From assembly GCA_038064975.1 (NCBI GenBank), contig JBBTRX010000006.1:10994-74993 (forward strand): a DNA stretch of 64,000 bases, written 5' to 3'. Numbering within the stretch: the stretch's first letter is position 1; each line of letters starts with the position of its first letter. Origin of the DNA: Patescibacteria group bacterium (GTDB taxonomy: Bacteria > Patescibacteriota > Minisyncoccia > UBA6257 > 1-14-0-10-40-38). The notes under the pieces were generated by a model. That model was not told where the DNA came from. It saw nothing but the letters and a program-made list of their open reading frames with translations, and did not search any database. Below, one piece after another: positions 62,116-64,000 of this stretch. A program made the position numbers and the translations under genes.

Positions 62116-62739
62116 TTATTTGTACCAGACCGCATACCAGCCTTGCATCTGCTGTATTTCTGCCGCCTGTGAAGTTTGAATGTTCTTTGCGAGTTGAAGC
62201 ATCTCCGGACGTGCAGTTCCAGATTCAAGCATGCGTGCCATCATAATTGCCATCTGATGATGCGGAATCATCTGCTCTATGAACTCTTTGTCAAAGTCAT
62301 CTGCATTTTTAAGGACATTAATATCCTGACTGCCTCCCATGTGCATACCGCCTTGAGACATCATTCCACCCATCATTGCGCTGTCTTTAGGGACATCTTT
62401 TCCAAACCAGTCTTTATACCAGTTTTTCATCTGTTGATTTTCAGATTCTTGCGCACTTACAATTGCCTGAGCTAGTGTTTTTATCTCCGGACGCTTAGAT
62501 TTTTGGAGCGCAAGGTTTGCCATAGCGATTGCTCCATCGTGGTGAGGTATCATCTGCTCAATGAAATGTCTATCAATAGTACTTGTTCCAGCAAACTCTT
62601 GATTAGAAACGGAGTTAGTTCTCCAACCCATCATTCCGAAACCACCATTTCTATAGGGGAGTAGTGCTGACGTAAAAAATATTGCAAGAAGTAAACCAAT
62701 AATTATTCCTCCTACACCAAATACAATTTTATTGTTCAT
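62116..62739 (-). CDS. DUF305 (ferritin-like, copper-resistance-associated) protein, two tandem domains
   Basis: Two copies of FIEQMIPHH...IAMA/IMMA, the DUF305 His-pair motif. Signal anchor. Confidence 0.75.
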   Translation of the reverse strand: MNNKIVFGVGGIIIGLLLAIFFTSALLPYRNGGFGMMGWRTNSVSNQEFAGTSTIDRHFIEQMIPHHDGAIAMANLALQKSKRPEIKTLAQAIVSAQESENQQMKNWYKDWFGKDVPKDSAMMGGMMSQGGMHMGGSQDINVLKNADDFDKEFIEQMIPHHQMAIMMARMLESGTARPEMLQLAKNIQTSQAAEIQQMQGWYAVWYK

Positions 62740-62757
62740 AGTATGTATGGTTAATTT

Positions 62758-64000
62758 TTATATTTTTTTCGCTTTAATACGAAGCGAATTTGATACCACC
62801 GATACTGACGACATTGCCATAGCAAATCCTGCGAATACCGGATTTAAGAGCCACCCGAAGACTGGATATAAAACTCCAGCCGCAAGTGGAATACCAACAA
62901 TATTGTAGATAAATGCCCAGAATAGGTTTTGTTTAATACCTCTCATGGTAATTTTTGAGAGTTTGATTGCCTTCACTAACTTTGAAATATCGCCACCAAG
63001 GAGAGTGATCCCTGCCGACTCAATAGCAACGTCTGTCCCAGTACCCATGGCAATGCCCACATCTGCTTGAGCAAGTGCGGGAGCGTCATTTACTCCATCA
63101 CCAGCCATTGCCACCACCTTGCCCTGTGACTGCAGTTCTTTTATCTTCTCAAGTTTGTTTTGGGGTAGCACGTGAGCGACGACGTCATCAATGCCCACAA
63201 GCGATGCAATATATTTAGCCGCTTTTTCATCATCTCCCGTGAGCATGACAACCTTGATGCCTAGCTTGTGAAGATCGGCGACGGCCTGTTTTGATTCCTG
63301 CTTTATCTCATCCGCGACCATTACAAAGCCAAGTATTTTTCCCTCGCCCGAACGACCGGGGTCCTGCCCGACTGCGTTATTCAGGCGTGCGTCCGGTCGG
63401 GCGGGTTTTGTCGCAAGAACGACAGGAGTCTTTCCTTGAGCTGTGAATTGTTCGATCTTTGAAGTGTCGAACGCCACGCCGAGTTCCTTTATGAGCTTTG
63501 CATTGCCTGCAAAGTATTCCGTTCCATGTATAGTTCCCTTGAGACCTTTGCCTTGTATTCCTTCAAAATCAGACACGTCAGATATCGCAATATTCTTTTC
63601 TTGCGCATAATTCACGATTGCATGCGCAATTGGATGCTCTGATTTTTTCTCAAGCGAAGCAAGAATGGATACGAATTCGTCATCTTTGAGATTAGAGAAG
63701 TTTTGAATATCAACAAGAGTCGGTTTACCGATGGTAATAGTGCCGGTTTTGTCCACGATAACCGTATCCACTTTGTGCAATTTTTCTAGAGTTGCCGCAT
63801 CTTTAATGAGAATCCCTTCCTTAGCTCCTTTGCCCACTCCGACAATAATCGCGGTCGGTGTAGCAAGTCCAAGAGCGCAAGGGCAGGCAATGACGAGAAT
63901 TCCAACAAAAGATACAAGACCAAATGAAAGTGCCTGAGAGAATTCTAGATACTGTGACCCAATAATGAGCCACGCGCCAAGGGTAAGAAAAGCGATTACT
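62758..64000 (-). CDS. copA: Copper/heavy-metal translocating P1B-type ATPase, C-terminal ~414 aa (gene continues beyond window; listed Met is actually GTG/Val)
   Basis: CPC motif in TM6 ([14 protein letters not shown]), [37 protein letters not shown]. Frame is open to position 64000. Confidence 0.85.
   Translation of the reverse strand, partial: VIAFLTLGAWLIIGSQYLEFSQALSFGLVSFVGILVIACPCALGLATPTAIIVGVGKGAKEGILIKDAATLEKLHKVDTVIVDKTGTITIGKPTLVDIQNFSNLKDDEFVSILASLEKKSEHPIAHAIVNYAQEKNIAISDVSDFEGIQGKGLKGTIHGTEYFAGNAKLIKELGVAFDTSKIEQFTAQGKTPVVLATKPARPDARLNNAVGQDPGRSGEGKILGFVMVADEIKQESKQAVADLHKLGIKVVMLTGDDEKAAKYIASLVGIDDVVAHVLPQNKLEKIKELQSQGKVVAMAGDGVNDAPALAQADVGIAMGTGTDVAIESAGITLLGGDISKLVKAIKLSKITMRGIKQNLFWAFIYNIVGIPLAAGVLYPVFGWLLNPVFAGFAMAMSSVSVVSNSLRIKAKKI

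Noticed and set aside
1-64000. Search for CRISPR arrays, rRNA genes, transposases and integrases
   Set aside because: No direct-repeat/spacer arrays of 25-40 bp periodicity, no rRNA-like conserved stretches and no DDE or tyrosine-recombinase motifs were seen in any long ORF.

Overview
This 64 kb window looks like a compact, low-GC bacterial chromosome segment, roughly 42-47% GC by eye. Genes are short and tightly packed, and the content is typical of a small-genome, probably symbiotic, Gram-positive-like lineage. That lineage may be CPR/Patescibacteria-like, but this is inference only.

Recognisable content:
- Housekeeping genes: uvrC (short form), a DEAD-box helicase, def-fmt, thpR, the S41 protease ctp, rplI, rpmA, rnpB (RNase P RNA), rnhA, a DHH/DHHA1 phosphoesterase, pgk, pyrG, bcp, a MutY/Nth-like glycosylase, a CsaA-like tRNA-binding protein, an FKBP-type isomerase and one tRNA-Gln(CUG).
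- A metal/redox set: a ferric-reductase/NOX-like flavocytochrome, a blue-copper cupredoxin and fur.
- A five-gene thiol-disulfide operon: XRE regulator, membrane protein, Met-rich thioredoxin, CcdA and a TlpA-like protein, next to a sortase.
- A type IV pilus locus: short pilB, pilC, a 599-aa giant pilin-like protein, a long-leader pilin and a PilX-like protein.
- Two ECF sigma factor modules (one with a DUF5667-type anti-sigma) next to large secreted repeat proteins.
- A partial copper-resistance cluster at the right edge (cupredoxin-like, HMA membrane protein, DUF305 protein, CopA partial).

Observations worth a second look:
- Several GC-enriched (about 50-67%) single-gene islets in the low-GC background. 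Each has its own near-consensus promoter and terminator, and two carry operator-like palindromes.
- A conserved C-terminal tail (GFL[AG]xx[IL] motif, TM helix, basic end) shared by three large surface proteins, resembling an undescribed sorting signal. No LPXTG substrate for the local sortase is visible.
- A 1.9 kb two-gene cassette (GC-rich ORF plus sortase) bracketed by two copies of a perfect 32-38 bp palindrome centred on CTGCAG.
- A truncated duplicate of the pilin gene's start/leader region about 8.6 kb from the pilin gene.
- At least three families of short intergenic repeats.
- A 16-nt duplication of the tRNA-Gln 3' end 160 bp from the tRNA.
- A promoter-to-terminator ~265 nt candidate ncRNA.
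- Unlisted small ORFs with strong RBSs, including a 34-aa hydrophobic, type-I-toxin-like peptide.

No CRISPR array, rRNA, transposase or integrase was seen. All GC statements are by-eye estimates and need computing.
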